Below, piece by piece: positions 7,709 to 16,355 of a stretch of 34,923 nt of DNA. Position 1 is the stretch's first letter. Each line of letters opens with the position of its first letter. A model generated the notes under the pieces. It saw only the letters and a list, made by a program, of their open reading frames with translations, made no database searches and was not told where the DNA came from. The position numbers and the translations under genes were made by a program. Source of the DNA: a virus; the UHGV virus genome UHGV-0335080. The stretch is one strand, 5' to 3'.

Positions 7709-8365
7709 TCAGAAAATATCCCATCTGGCATCAACCACAACACCTACTATTTCGCAATCATTGTCCATTTCTATGATTGGATATTGTGGATTAAGGGGCT
7801 TTAGAAACGCCTTTCCCATGTCAGAAATATATTTTTTGAATGTTGCTTCATTGGTGGATTTTTTTCTGGCGATGACGTAACACCCTGAAAAAACTTCTTT
7901 ATCTGGGTTGACAAGGATCGACATTCCTTCAGGAAATGTTATTCCTACGGGCGAAGTCATTGAGTCTCCGTGCACTTCCAGCCAGAACCCCCTCTCACCA
8001 GCGTATTTTACAGAATGCCTCCAATTATCCTGATCATACATGTTGTAGTCATCACCAGAAGTTGCGAATAATCCTGCCTGAACCCAGTTAATTACAGGGT
8101 AAGAGTGTGCTGTGTCTCTCTGTGGGCAGCTCTTAACATTATTTTCCCAATGCTTATCTTTTTCATCTCCGTTCTGAAGCCACTGCGGTGAACACCGCAG
8201 TGCAGCTGCAACTTTAAAAAGGGTGTCACCGTTGAAACTTTTTGTAAGGCCTTGCTCGGCTTTACTTATTGCAACTCTGGTGACCCCAGCTTTTTTAGCC
8301 AACGCATCTTGTGTTAACCCAGCTTTTTGCCGTGCGTTGATGAGACGTTCACCTAAAGACTTCAT
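7709..8365 (-). CDS. cI: CI-like prophage repressor: N-terminal HTH plus C-terminal LexA-like S24 autopeptidase domain
   Basis: HTH_XRE motif (LTQDALAKKAGVTRVAISKAEQG); Ala-Gly candidate cleavage site (VQAGL); Ser in GDSM and downstream Lys (ARKK); GAGGAG RBS; track ORF trimmed to MKSLGERL. Confidence 0.9.
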   Translation of the reverse strand: MKSLGERLINARQKAGLTQDALAKKAGVTRVAISKAEQGLTKSFNGDTLFKVAAALRCSPQWLQNGDEKDKHWENNVKSCPQRDTAHSYPVINWVQAGLFATSGDDYNMYDQDNWRHSVKYAGERGFWLEVHGDSMTSPVGITFPEGMSILVNPDKEVFSGCYVIARKKSTNEATFKKYISDMGKAFLKPLNPQYPIIEMDNDCEIVGVVVDARWDIF

Positions 8366-8386
8366 TTTTCTTCTCCTCTCATGGCT

Positions 8387-8462
8387 GTTGATACTAAAGT
8401 AACAGAATTTCTTGATACTTTGGGTTCCTGTGGTTAACATCGTTGGATAACAAAGTATCTGG
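8387..8462. promoter_or_regulatory. Operator-like site cluster (OR-like) between cI and rightward genes, with candidate PR
   Basis: TGATACTAAAGTAAC (8391-8405), TGATACTTTGGGTTC (8414-8428), inverted AGATACTTTGTTATC (8446-8460); TTGATA-N17-TAACAT rightward promoter-like at 8412-8439. Confidence 0.45.
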
Positions 8463-8476
8463 TGTGAGACTAAAGA

Positions 8477-8704
8477 ATGACCCTTTATGAAATATTAAAA
8501 ATTCAATTTAAAACCAATGCCGCTATTGGTCGCAGGTTCCCAAAGAAAGGAAGGCCTCGTGGCAGTCAAGGTGTTGGAAAGTGGAAAACGCGAGGTGTTC
8601 CGGAGGATGTTGCCATTCTTTGTCATCTGGATCCGAGCATTCCATATACACACCCAAGTCTAGCGAATACAGAAGATGACAAGCCCACAGGAGACCAACA
8701 ATGA
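8477..8704 (+). CDS. Uncertain small basic ORF (75 aa) in the Cro position; may be noncoding
   Basis: Stop overlaps Rha start (ATGA), but weak RBS, no HTH and low-complexity basic composition; an alternative 48-codon ORF exists in another frame. Confidence 0.25.
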   Translation: MTLYEILKIQFKTNAAIGRRFPKKGRPRGSQGVGKWKTRGVPEDVAILCHLDPSIPYTHPSLANTEDDKPTGDQQ

Positions 8705-9408
8705 ACACCGCAATTTTTAACGGCAAAGCATCCATGACCAGCGTTGAGATCGCAGAGCTGGTGGGAAGCCGACCAGATAGTGTTAAGAGAACTATTGAAA
8801 CACTGGCTAAAAAGGGAATCATCCAATTTCCACAGACTGTGGAAATTGAGAATAAACAATCACTTGGGCCTCGCCGATTTTCTAGCGCGTATGTATTCGA
8901 AGGTGAACGAGGTAAGCGCGACAGCATCATTGTCGTCGCACAGCTCTGTCCTGAATTCACAGCTCGCCTGGTAGATCGCTGGCGCGAACTGGAAGAACAG
9001 ATCCGTAAGCCAATGAGCGAAATCGAAATGGTTGCCGCGATGGCTCTTGAAGCCGTTCGCCAACAGAAACGGATCACTCAGGTGGAAGAAAAAGTCAGCC
9101 ACGTTGCTGAAACAGTCGAGCAAATTAAAAAGGGCACTATTCGTGAGGGCTATGCCGGATATCGCCAACTGAAAGCAAAAACCGGTTTGTCAGATGATAA
9201 ATGCCGCAATCTGGTGAACGCCTATCAAATTCCTACAGACACACATGAGTTCATGACGCCGGACGGATTGTTGTCACGTCGCGCAATTGTTGCTGTGGAA
9301 CCGTTTATGGCTGCTTTTTATCGGGTTATGGAGGAAGCAGAACCGCGAGGGACTCGCTGGTATCACCCGAAAATGGGGTTATTTCAGGTTATTGGTTGGC
9401 AGCGGTGA
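8701..9408 (+). CDS. rha: Rha-family phage regulatory / antirepressor-like protein
   Basis: N-terminal motif MTSVEIAELVGSRPDSVKRTIETLAKKG typical of Phage_pRha; GGAGACC RBS. Confidence 0.7.
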   Translation: MNTAIFNGKASMTSVEIAELVGSRPDSVKRTIETLAKKGIIQFPQTVEIENKQSLGPRRFSSAYVFEGERGKRDSIIVVAQLCPEFTARLVDRWRELEEQIRKPMSEIEMVAAMALEAVRQQKRITQVEEKVSHVAETVEQIKKGTIREGYAGYRQLKAKTGLSDDKCRNLVNAYQIPTDTHEFMTPDGLLSRRAIVAVEPFMAAFYRVMEEAEPRGTRWYHPKMGLFQVIGWQR

Positions 9409-9435
9409 AAAAAAGCCGGGAGTAACCCGGCTCAC
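9409..9435 (-). terminator. Possible intrinsic terminator in minus-strand orientation
   Basis: GCCGGG-agtaa-CCCGGC hairpin (9415-9431) preceded on the plus strand by A7, i.e. followed by U7 on the minus strand. Confidence 0.3.
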
Positions 9436-9516
9436 TCAACATCAATAACGGGGAGCTGTTTCGCATAAAACGGCTCCGAAACATCCAAGAACAGTTCTAA
9501 AGATATCAGCAGCTAT

Positions 9517-10179
9517 ATGATCATTTCAAGACCAAATATTGATTCTGCAATTTCGGGACGTTACACTGTCTCCGCACCTTATAAAGCGGGTGCCGGGATT
9601 GGCGTCCTGAAATTGTCAACGGCGATGTATGACGCGCCAGCGTCTTTTTTATCGTCCGCATTTGCTCACATCCAGATTATGGTGGGCTGGGCGGGGGCAC
9701 CGAAAGGTGCGCCGGTCTCCGTTGACGCCGGTTACGCCAACCCCGTCCAGTTCACCACCAGTGAAATTGGCGTTTCCGGTGGTGGAAGTTTTTCACTGTC
9801 AACGGAGGCTGCCATCATGGCTACTGTCCTAACTTCCCCATTCCTAAAAATCGAAGTCGTCAACGGCAAGGCCGTTATTTTCTCCCTGCATGTTGCCTGC
9901 CATTTCAAGCGCATGCACCAGAACATCGTTGACAAAATCGAGTATCTGAACTGCTCACGCGAGTTTTTTACCCGCAATTTCATACCGGGTACTTATCACA
10001 TCTACGGTGACTCCCTGCGTGGTTATTACATCACCCTTGATGGTCTGATGATGCTTCAGCTTGGGTTAAGTCTGCGCACAATGCGGTACTACGAGAGCTG
10101 TATTGAAGCATTCCATGAGGCTGAAACCGTCCAGGGTCACTCCGCGTTCCGTCGTAATCAACGGGAGGTGCACCTATGA
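9517..10179 (+). CDS. Rha-domain protein with unrecognised Gly-rich N-terminal domain (220 aa)
   Basis: C-terminal Rha-like segment (KIEVVNGKAVIFSLHVACHFKRMHQNIVDKIEYL...); N-terminal about 100 aa paralogous to next gene. Confidence 0.65.
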   Translation: MIISRPNIDSAISGRYTVSAPYKAGAGIGVLKLSTAMYDAPASFLSSAFAHIQIMVGWAGAPKGAPVSVDAGYANPVQFTTSEIGVSGGGSFSLSTEAAIMATVLTSPFLKIEVVNGKAVIFSLHVACHFKRMHQNIVDKIEYLNCSREFFTRNFIPGTYHIYGDSLRGYYITLDGLMMLQLGLSLRTMRYYESCIEAFHEAETVQGHSAFRRNQREVHL

Positions 10180-11027
10180 TCCGCCACCAGCATATTGATT
10201 CTGCAATTCCGGGACGTTACACTGCTCAGGCACCTTATAAAGCGGGTGCCGGGCGTGGAAACCCGAAATTCAATATAGAGCACAACCGCGCTCATGCGGT
10301 TTTTTCGTGTCATGAGCATCGTTACACCCAAATTATGGTGGGGCGTGCAGGGCCAACTTCGGTTGGGCCGGGTTCTATGTTGACCGGTATTTCCACCCCT
10401 GTACGTCTCACCACCTATATGGTCGTGGAAAGCCTTGGTGGTGAGTTCATTGAATTCAACATAGGGGCTGTCACCATGACTACTCTCCCAACCCAATCTC
10501 ACCCTGAAATCACGATTATCAATGGTCGCGTTGTCACCACATCTCTTGCAGTAGCTAATTACTTTACTAAACGGCATGAGCGGGTTTTAGATAGAATTAG
10601 AAACCTCGAATGTTCCGCTGAATTTACTGAACACAATTTTGTGTTAAGTGAATACACCGACGCATCAGGCCGCAAACTCCCTTGTTACCAAATCACCCGC
10701 GACGGTTTTGCGTTTCTTGCCATGGGCTTCACTGGTAAACGTGCTGCCCAGTTCAAAGAGGCATACATCAACGCCTTTAACCTGATGGAGAAGAGTTTAT
10801 CAGGTGCCGATGCGTCTGATATGTCAGCTGTCGCACGAAACGCCAGAGGCGTATACCTGCATTTGCGTGAAATCCATCAAATCTGGACAAGCCAGCTTTA
10901 TCCAATGCTTAAGGCCGTTGAATCTCCGCTGGCTAGCAAACTGTACGACCGTGTTGGTGATGCTGTTTTTGGCGCTGCACTTGTTGATTCCAGGCTGAAT
11001 GGTTCTGACAAGGAGGTTCGCCCATGA
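10176..11027 (+). CDS. Rha-domain protein, paralog of upstream gene (283 aa)
   Basis: Rha-like segment (ITIINGRVVTTSLAVANYFTKRHERVLDRIRNLECSAEF...YQITRDGFAFLAMGFTGKRAAQFKEAYINAF); shared N-terminal domain; ATGA-coupled start with GGAGGTG RBS. Confidence 0.7.
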   Translation: MIRHQHIDSAIPGRYTAQAPYKAGAGRGNPKFNIEHNRAHAVFSCHEHRYTQIMVGRAGPTSVGPGSMLTGISTPVRLTTYMVVESLGGEFIEFNIGAVTMTTLPTQSHPEITIINGRVVTTSLAVANYFTKRHERVLDRIRNLECSAEFTEHNFVLSEYTDASGRKLPCYQITRDGFAFLAMGFTGKRAAQFKEAYINAFNLMEKSLSGADASDMSAVARNARGVYLHLREIHQIWTSQLYPMLKAVESPLASKLYDRVGDAVFGAALVDSRLNGSDKEVRP

Positions 11028-11218
11028 TTAGTTACGAAATCATCATCTCCACTACGGAATACAGAAACGATGTATCAGTTCGCACGGATGTATCTGTCTG
11101 GCACCGTCGCTATAAATCCAGAAAAACAGCGGAACTGAAAGCGGCAGAGATGTGTGAAACCATCTCAATGAAAGGTAGCCCGGTTAAATACGTAACTACG
11201 GCGGAGGTGCGTCCATGA
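11024..11218 (+). CDS. Hypothetical small protein (64 aa)
   Basis: Track ORF; AAGGAGGT RBS; ATGA overlap with upstream stop. Confidence 0.45.
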   Translation: MISYEIIISTTEYRNDVSVRTDVSVWHRRYKSRKTAELKAAEMCETISMKGSPVKYVTTAEVRP

Positions 11219-11439
11219 TCCGCCACATCGTTAATTCCCTGTATCACCGATACAACCGTTGCCCCCGTGTGGGGCAGTGGTTCGCCACCAGCAACGGTCA
11301 CGTTCTGCGGGTTTGCCTAGTCAACGCTGAAAGCCAGAAAGTCGTGTGCGAACTACAGGGGCGTAGCTACACCATCAGTTACCCTCTGGCGGTATTTCTG
11401 TCTGGAAAAATGTTTAAGCGTCTGGGAGGTGTGGCGTGA
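11215..11439 (+). CDS. Hypothetical small protein (74 aa)
   Basis: Track ORF; GGAGGTG RBS; start region repeats the 24-nt junction seen at 10163-10187. Confidence 0.45.
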   Translation: MIRHIVNSLYHRYNRCPRVGQWFATSNGHVLRVCLVNAESQKVVCELQGRSYTISYPLAVFLSGKMFKRLGGVA

Positions 11440-11735
11440 ACTGTTTTCAGTTTGTGTGCGGATGTGCTTTCGATAACCCGATTCAGCGCCTAATTATGTT
11501 GCGTGTTTTGATGTCGGGTTCTTCAGACGGTGAAGGCGAGAGAGTTATTGATCATCAGGTGCTTGCTGATTTCTGCTGTTGTTCTAAGCAAGCGATATTC
11601 AGGGAAACCCTGGCACTGGAAAGAGCTGGTTATCTTCATATCCGAAAAATTGCAACGCTTACTATTGATGCAAAAGCCAGACTACAACCTGCGCGTGGCT
11701 ACACAATTCTCATGCCGCGGAAGGAGGTTGTATGA
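11436..11735 (+). CDS. Hypothetical protein with possible HTH (99 aa)
   Basis: GTG start overlapping upstream stop (GTGA), GGGAGGTG RBS; segment QAIFRETLALERAGYLHIRK is HTH-like. Confidence 0.45.
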   Translation: MNCFQFVCGCAFDNPIQRLIMLRVLMSGSSDGEGERVIDHQVLADFCCCSKQAIFRETLALERAGYLHIRKIATLTIDAKARLQPARGYTILMPRKEVV

Positions 11736-12736
11736 GCCGTTACGCCCCCACACCGGAAGTTATGGCTATTGGTCAAATTAATATTTCCGGCAATGTTACA
11801 CCTGCGAACTGGTGGAAATATATTCGACTACCCAGTGGGCGTCCGGATGCGACGGCTATCGCTCTGCTTTCAGAGATCGTTTACTGGTACCGCCCGACAG
11901 AGGTCAGGGATGAGCACACCGGAGCGTTGCTGGGATATCGCAAGCGTTTTCAGGGCGACAAACTGCAAAGAAGCTACCAGGCGTTTGCTGAGCAGTTTGG
12001 TTTCGGGAAAAGGGAAACCGCAGATGCGCTGAAGCGTCTGCGCGATGCAGGGTTTATTACTCTGGATTTACGCACGGTGGAAATGCTCGATGGGGTGAAA
12101 TGCAGCAATATTTTGTTTGTCGGGATCAACCCACAGGCAATTGCGGCCATCACCACACCTTCTTCTGTTTCGCCAGAAAGTAACAGCAATAATGCAATCA
12201 GCGATACAGCTATTACGTTAAAACGGAACACCCCCCGACGTCATAACGGAACAGGGGATACGCCGAATGTTGATACAAATACAGAGATTACTACAGAGAT
12301 TACTACAGAGATTACAACGGAGACTAAAAACACTATTGATGCATCCGCTGACGCGTCTGCGCCAGCGCGTTCTGCCCGACAGGAATATTCACCGGAATTT
12401 GAACAGGCCTGGCAGGAATATCCCAAACGTGCTGGTGGCAATTCCAAGTCAGCAGCCTTCAAAGCCTGGAAAGCCCGTATCAGGGAGGGAATAAAACCGG
12501 AGACCATGCTTGATGGCGTGAAGCGGTATGCCGCCTGGGTACGTGCTACAGGAAATACCGGCACACAGTTCGTGAAGCAGGCCGCGACGTTCTTTGGACC
12601 CGATCGTCACTTCGAAGATTACTGGCAACAGCCAGCCGCTCACGGAGGTGGGCGACAGCGACAGGTCGATGTCCTGGCTGGCCTGGGAGCCATGTCTGAC
12701 AAATTCGGTAAATCCAGTAACAAATTGACATTCTGA
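11732..12736 (+). CDS. Phage replication initiation / replisome-organiser protein (O-like)
   Basis: Position immediately upstream of DnaC-like and DnaB-like genes; contains in-gene 12-bp iterons; GGAAGGAGGT RBS. Confidence 0.65.
   Translation: MSRYAPTPEVMAIGQINISGNVTPANWWKYIRLPSGRPDATAIALLSEIVYWYRPTEVRDEHTGALLGYRKRFQGDKLQRSYQAFAEQFGFGKRETADALKRLRDAGFITLDLRTVEMLDGVKCSNILFVGINPQAIAAITTPSSVSPESNSNNAISDTAITLKRNTPRRHNGTGDTPNVDTNTEITTEITTEITTETKNTIDASADASAPARSARQEYSPEFEQAWQEYPKRAGGNSKSAAFKAWKARIREGIKPETMLDGVKRYAAWVRATGNTGTQFVKQAATFFGPDRHFEDYWQQPAAHGGGRQRQVDVLAGLGAMSDKFGKSSNKLTF
12281..12328. repeat. Tandem 12-bp iterons inside replication initiator gene (candidate ori)
   Basis: ACAGAGATTACT x3 (one with 1 mismatch) plus one degenerate copy; encodes TEITTEITTEITTE. 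Confidence 0.5.
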
Positions 12737-12746
12737 GGTGACAGCG

Positions 12747-13646
12747 ATGATGACGATTGACCAACGTGAGAAACAAACAAGACTACAGGCGCGAATGGAT
12801 GAGTTACGGGCAGAAATGGATGAGTTACGGGCAGAGATTGCATTTGCTCAGAAGGGCGAAAAGCCATGGCCTTATCGTTCCTGCCTGATGCGTGAAGGTC
12901 ACGGATATTGCGAAAAACACGGTAAATATCGTACGCATATACTGGTGTGGATCGATCGTAATGGCGAGGACAGAGAAAAAATTTCATGCTGCCCTGACTG
13001 CTTGATCGCTGAGGCCAGTGATTTGACCATGGAACTGTCGTCCCTCAAGGCGGAAGAACTGACTGATAACGCCGGAATTGCTCTGCGTTTTCGGGACTGC
13101 GAGTTTGATAATTATCTGGAGGTTAATCCTGACGCAGCCAGAAATCTTGCGGCCTGTCGCCGCTATGCGGAGAACTGGCCAGATATGCTGGAGAACGGTA
13201 CCAGTCTTGTTATGACCGGCAGTTGCGGTACCGGGAAAAATCATCTGGCGGTATCAATGGCAAAACACATCATCCGTAACTATCTGGCCAGTGTGGAGAT
13301 CACCGACGTGATGCGCCTTACCCGGGCTGTGAAAAACTGCTGGCGGAATGACAGTGAAAAAACAGCGGATGACGTCATTGAGCATTATGCGTCACTGGAT
13401 TTGCTGATTGTCGACGAAGTCGGCGTTCAGTTTGGCAGTGCGGCTGAAATGGCCATTTTGCAGGAAATTATCAATGCCCGGTATGAGGGTATTTTGCCAA
13501 CTATCCTGATCAGCAACCTTTCACCGGAAGAATTGTGGGCGTTCATCAGTCCCCGGATTGCCGACAGGATCACCGATGGCGGGCGCAACTGGTTGTCGTT
13601 TAACTGGCCCAGCTACCGTTCTCGTATCGGAGGTGTTGCCGCATGA
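12747..13646 (+). CDS. dnaC: DnaC-like helicase loader (IstB-type AAA+ ATPase) with N-terminal Cys cluster
   Basis: Walker A GSCGTGKNHLAVSMA, Walker B LLIVDEVG; N-terminal C..C...CCPDC; start chosen at ATG 12747 with GAGGTG RBS (track start 12738 is GTG). Confidence 0.85.
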   Translation: MMTIDQREKQTRLQARMDELRAEMDELRAEIAFAQKGEKPWPYRSCLMREGHGYCEKHGKYRTHILVWIDRNGEDREKISCCPDCLIAEASDLTMELSSLKAEELTDNAGIALRFRDCEFDNYLEVNPDAARNLAACRRYAENWPDMLENGTSLVMTGSCGTGKNHLAVSMAKHIIRNYLASVEITDVMRLTRAVKNCWRNDSEKTADDVIEHYASLDLLIVDEVGVQFGSAAEMAILQEIINARYEGILPTILISNLSPEELWAFISPRIADRITDGGRNWLSFNWPSYRSRIGGVAA

Positions 13647-15043
13647 CCAGCCAGAACACCCCGGCATGGCGTAACGATGACCTGGAAGGCGCTGTCATCG
13701 GTGCGTTTTTTCTGCGTGGGGCCGATCCGGAAGTGATGGATATTCTGGCCACACTTCCGGCGGATGTATTTTTTGTGCGTCAGTACCGGGATATTTACGC
13801 GGGGATTTGCAGACAGGCTCGCATATCCGGCGTCATTGACCCCGTACTGCTGTGCAATGAGATGCCGGAACTTGCCCCGGTGATTACCGACACCGGACGC
13901 AAAACCTGGGTGAAGTCTTCACTGGAGCACTATGTCGCAGCGTTGCGGCGCAATGCCGCACTGCGCGATGCAGAAAAAACACTGACTGAAGCATTACAGA
14001 ATTTACGTGATGCGTATACCTGTGAAGCAGCCGAGGGTGCCCTGAAGGATGCGCAGAACATGATGGCCTCACTGTCGACCGGAAAGGGCGTCATTCAGCC
14101 GGTTCACATTGATGATGTCCTTCCGGAAGTGGTCGACCGTGTTGAATGCCGCAATCAGGGACTGGAGAAATCCAGGGCGCTGATGACCGGTATTGATGAA
14201 CTGGACGCAAAAACGGGCGGTATGGAGCCCGGAGACCTGGTATTCATTGCCGCCCGTCCTTCGATGGGGAAAACCGAACTTGCGCTGGACATCATCGACA
14301 AGGTGACTGAGCAGGGGCATGGCGTGCTTCTGTTCACCATGGAGATGGCGAACATCCAGATTGGTGAACGTATGGTGTCTGCTGCCGGTGGAATGCCGGT
14401 ATCCCGTCTTAAGTCTGTTGCCCGTTTTGAAGATGAAGACTGGGCGCGTTTCTCGCAGGGCGTGGGACGAATGACGGGGCGTAATATCTGGATGGTGGAC
14501 CAGGCAAACCTGACCATTGATGAGATATGTGCAACCACGAAGCACCACCGGATGAAACACCCGGAAACGGCGCTGGTGGTGGTCGATTACCTCGGCCTGA
14601 TTAAAACCCGCAGCACGGGGCGTCACGACCTTGCGGTGGGGGAAATCTCAAAGGGACTTAAAAGCCTGGCAAAATCCGGCGGTTTTCCGCTGATTGCTCT
14701 GAGCCAGCTCTCCCGCGGCGTGGAATCCAGACCCAATAAACGCCCAATGAACTCGGACCTGAAAAACTCCGGGGAAATCGAGGCGGATGCCGACATCATT
14801 CTGATGCTTTACAGGGATGAGGTATACAACCCGGAAACTCAGGCCAGAGGCATAGCAGAAATCAACATCACGAAACAGCGTAATGGCACGCTCGGGACCA
14901 TTTACCGGCGTTTTCATAACGGACATTTTCTGCCTGTGGACCAGGAGAGTGCCCGGGTTCTTTCCACACCCATGACGCCGGGCAATCCGCGCAGATACAG
15001 CAATAACCGCATGTCGGGCAGTAAAACGGAGCGTTTATTTTGA
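13643..15043 (+). CDS. dnaB: DnaB-family replicative DNA helicase
   Basis: 466 aa; Walker A ARPSMGKTELAL, RecA-like C-terminal domain (LIALSQLSRGVE, ADADIILMLYRDEVY); ATGA overlap with dnaC-like stop. Confidence 0.9.
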   Translation: MTSQNTPAWRNDDLEGAVIGAFFLRGADPEVMDILATLPADVFFVRQYRDIYAGICRQARISGVIDPVLLCNEMPELAPVITDTGRKTWVKSSLEHYVAALRRNAALRDAEKTLTEALQNLRDAYTCEAAEGALKDAQNMMASLSTGKGVIQPVHIDDVLPEVVDRVECRNQGLEKSRALMTGIDELDAKTGGMEPGDLVFIAARPSMGKTELALDIIDKVTEQGHGVLLFTMEMANIQIGERMVSAAGGMPVSRLKSVARFEDEDWARFSQGVGRMTGRNIWMVDQANLTIDEICATTKHHRMKHPETALVVVDYLGLIKTRSTGRHDLAVGEISKGLKSLAKSGGFPLIALSQLSRGVESRPNKRPMNSDLKNSGEIEADADIILMLYRDEVYNPETQARGIAEINITKQRNGTLGTIYRRFHNGHFLPVDQESARVLSTPMTPGNPRRYSNNRMSGSKTERLF

Positions 15044-15297
15044 ACAACAGAACAATCACTGTTTCACCGGAACAACTTCGTCGGCAGGCGCAGGAGATGC
15101 TTCGTTGTGCTGAACAGGTGGAAAAAACGAGCGTGAAAAAAGATACGCTCCGCAAGCAGCTTACTCCGGCGCTTCGTGATCTGCTGCAGGCAAAACACCG
15201 CACACAAAAGGCGGTGGATGAGCTGGTGGATTGCGTGGCGGAACTGGAAGGACAGGTAAGCCAGTTTGAAATACTGGTGAAGGAGTTTACTGCGTGA
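15040..15297 (+). CDS. Hypothetical protein (85 aa); start uncertain (TTG)
   Basis: Track ORF begins with TTG coupled to dnaB stop; helical charged sequence; no recognised domain. Confidence 0.35.
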   Translation: MNNRTITVSPEQLRRQAQEMLRCAEQVEKTSVKKDTLRKQLTPALRDLLQAKHRTQKAVDELVDCVAELEGQVSQFEILVKEFTA

Positions 15298-15318
15298 TGA
15301 CTGAGTTTTTTTCTCTGT

Positions 15319-16338
15319 ATGCATTCAATATCGTTTGCTGAGGTGACCGTGAGAGCACTGCTGACCCCTGAAATTGCCCCGCGTATGGGGATTGTATTGT
15401 TCAGGCCCGGTTCAGAGCTGATGCCCCTGTTTATGCAGGGGCGTGTCCTGCTGGAGCCTGAGCCGGAACGTTATTCATCTTTCGCCAGCGGTGCCGTTCC
15501 GGCAGCATCACAACCGCTGGCGGATGATCCTGCCGTTCGGGCCGTGTTCCGCAATGAGGCAGTTATTCGTTGTACTGGTGGGGTGGAATGTCTTGAAAGC
15601 TGGTTACTTCGTGAAAAGGGCTGTCAGTGGCCTCATTCCGACTGGCACAGCGAGAACATGACCACAATGCGGCACGCGTCAGGCGCAATCCGTCTGTGCT
15701 GGCACTGTGACAATCTTCTCCGTGACCAGTTCACGGAACGGCTGGAATCAATGGCAACGGATAACTGTGCCCGCTGGGTGTTGTCCGTAGTCCGTCGTGA
15801 TCTCGGTTTTGATGACAGCCACGTTGTGACAATGCCGGAACTGTGCTGGTGGCTGGTTCGTAATGACCTGGCGGATGCCTTACCGGAAAGTGCAGCCCGT
15901 AAGGCACTGAGATTACCGAAGCCTGTTGTGCCGTCTGTCACCCGGGAAAGTGACCTTGTGCCTTCGGTTCCTGCCACCAGCATCATCCGGGATAAGGCGA
16001 AAAAGGTGCTGGCGCTGAAAGTGGATCCGGAGTCGCCGGAGTCTTTTATGTTACGCCCCAAACGTCGTCGCTGGGTTAATGAAAAGTACACGCGCTGGGT
16101 TAAGACGCAGCCGTGTGCATGTTGTGGTAAGCCAGCCGACGATCCTCATCACCTGATTGGTCATGGTCAGGGCGGAATGGGAACAAAAGCGCATGACCTT
16201 TTTGTGTTGCCTTTGTGCAGAAAACACCATGACGAACTGCATGCGGATACCGTGGCATTTGAAGAGAAGTATGGCTCCCAACTGGAGCTGATATTTCGTT
16301 TTATCGATCGCGCGCTGGCGATTGGTGTGCTGTCCTGA
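15319..16338 (+). CDS. DUF968-family protein with C-terminal HNH-like Cys/His motif
   Basis: C-terminus CACCGKPADDPHHLIGHGQGGMGTKAHDLFVLPLCRKHHDELH resembles DUF968 proteins found upstream of Q in E. coli prophages (from memory). Confidence 0.65.
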   Translation: MHSISFAEVTVRALLTPEIAPRMGIVLFRPGSELMPLFMQGRVLLEPEPERYSSFASGAVPAASQPLADDPAVRAVFRNEAVIRCTGGVECLESWLLREKGCQWPHSDWHSENMTTMRHASGAIRLCWHCDNLLRDQFTERLESMATDNCARWVLSVVRRDLGFDDSHVVTMPELCWWLVRNDLADALPESAARKALRLPKPVVPSVTRESDLVPSVPATSIIRDKAKKVLALKVDPESPESFMLRPKRRRWVNEKYTRWVKTQPCACCGKPADDPHHLIGHGQGGMGTKAHDLFVLPLCRKHHDELHADTVAFEEKYGSQLELIFRFIDRALAIGVLS

Positions 16339-16355
16339 TTTTGTGGAGAAAGTTG

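Noticed and set aside
8523-9077. 184-aa minus-strand ORF across the cI-Rha intergenic region and Rha 5' end
   Set aside because: Antisense to the Rha gene and spanning the operator/promoter region; Cys/Ser-rich junk-like translation.
12281-12328. CRISPR-like repeat
   Set aside because: The repeats are 12 bp, directly tandem with no spacers, in frame inside a coding sequence; they are iterons or a peptide-linker repeat, not a CRISPR array.
14069-14626. 185-aa minus-strand ORF, and other long antisense ORFs such as 15633..16091, 24935..25507, 28909..29409, 31864..32514, 33244..33843 and 33684..34118
   Set aside because: They lie entirely antisense to well-supported genes (dnaB, DUF968, terminase, capsid, tail, tape measure), have Arg/Ser/Pro-rich composition typical of GC-rich antisense frames, and lack RBSs.
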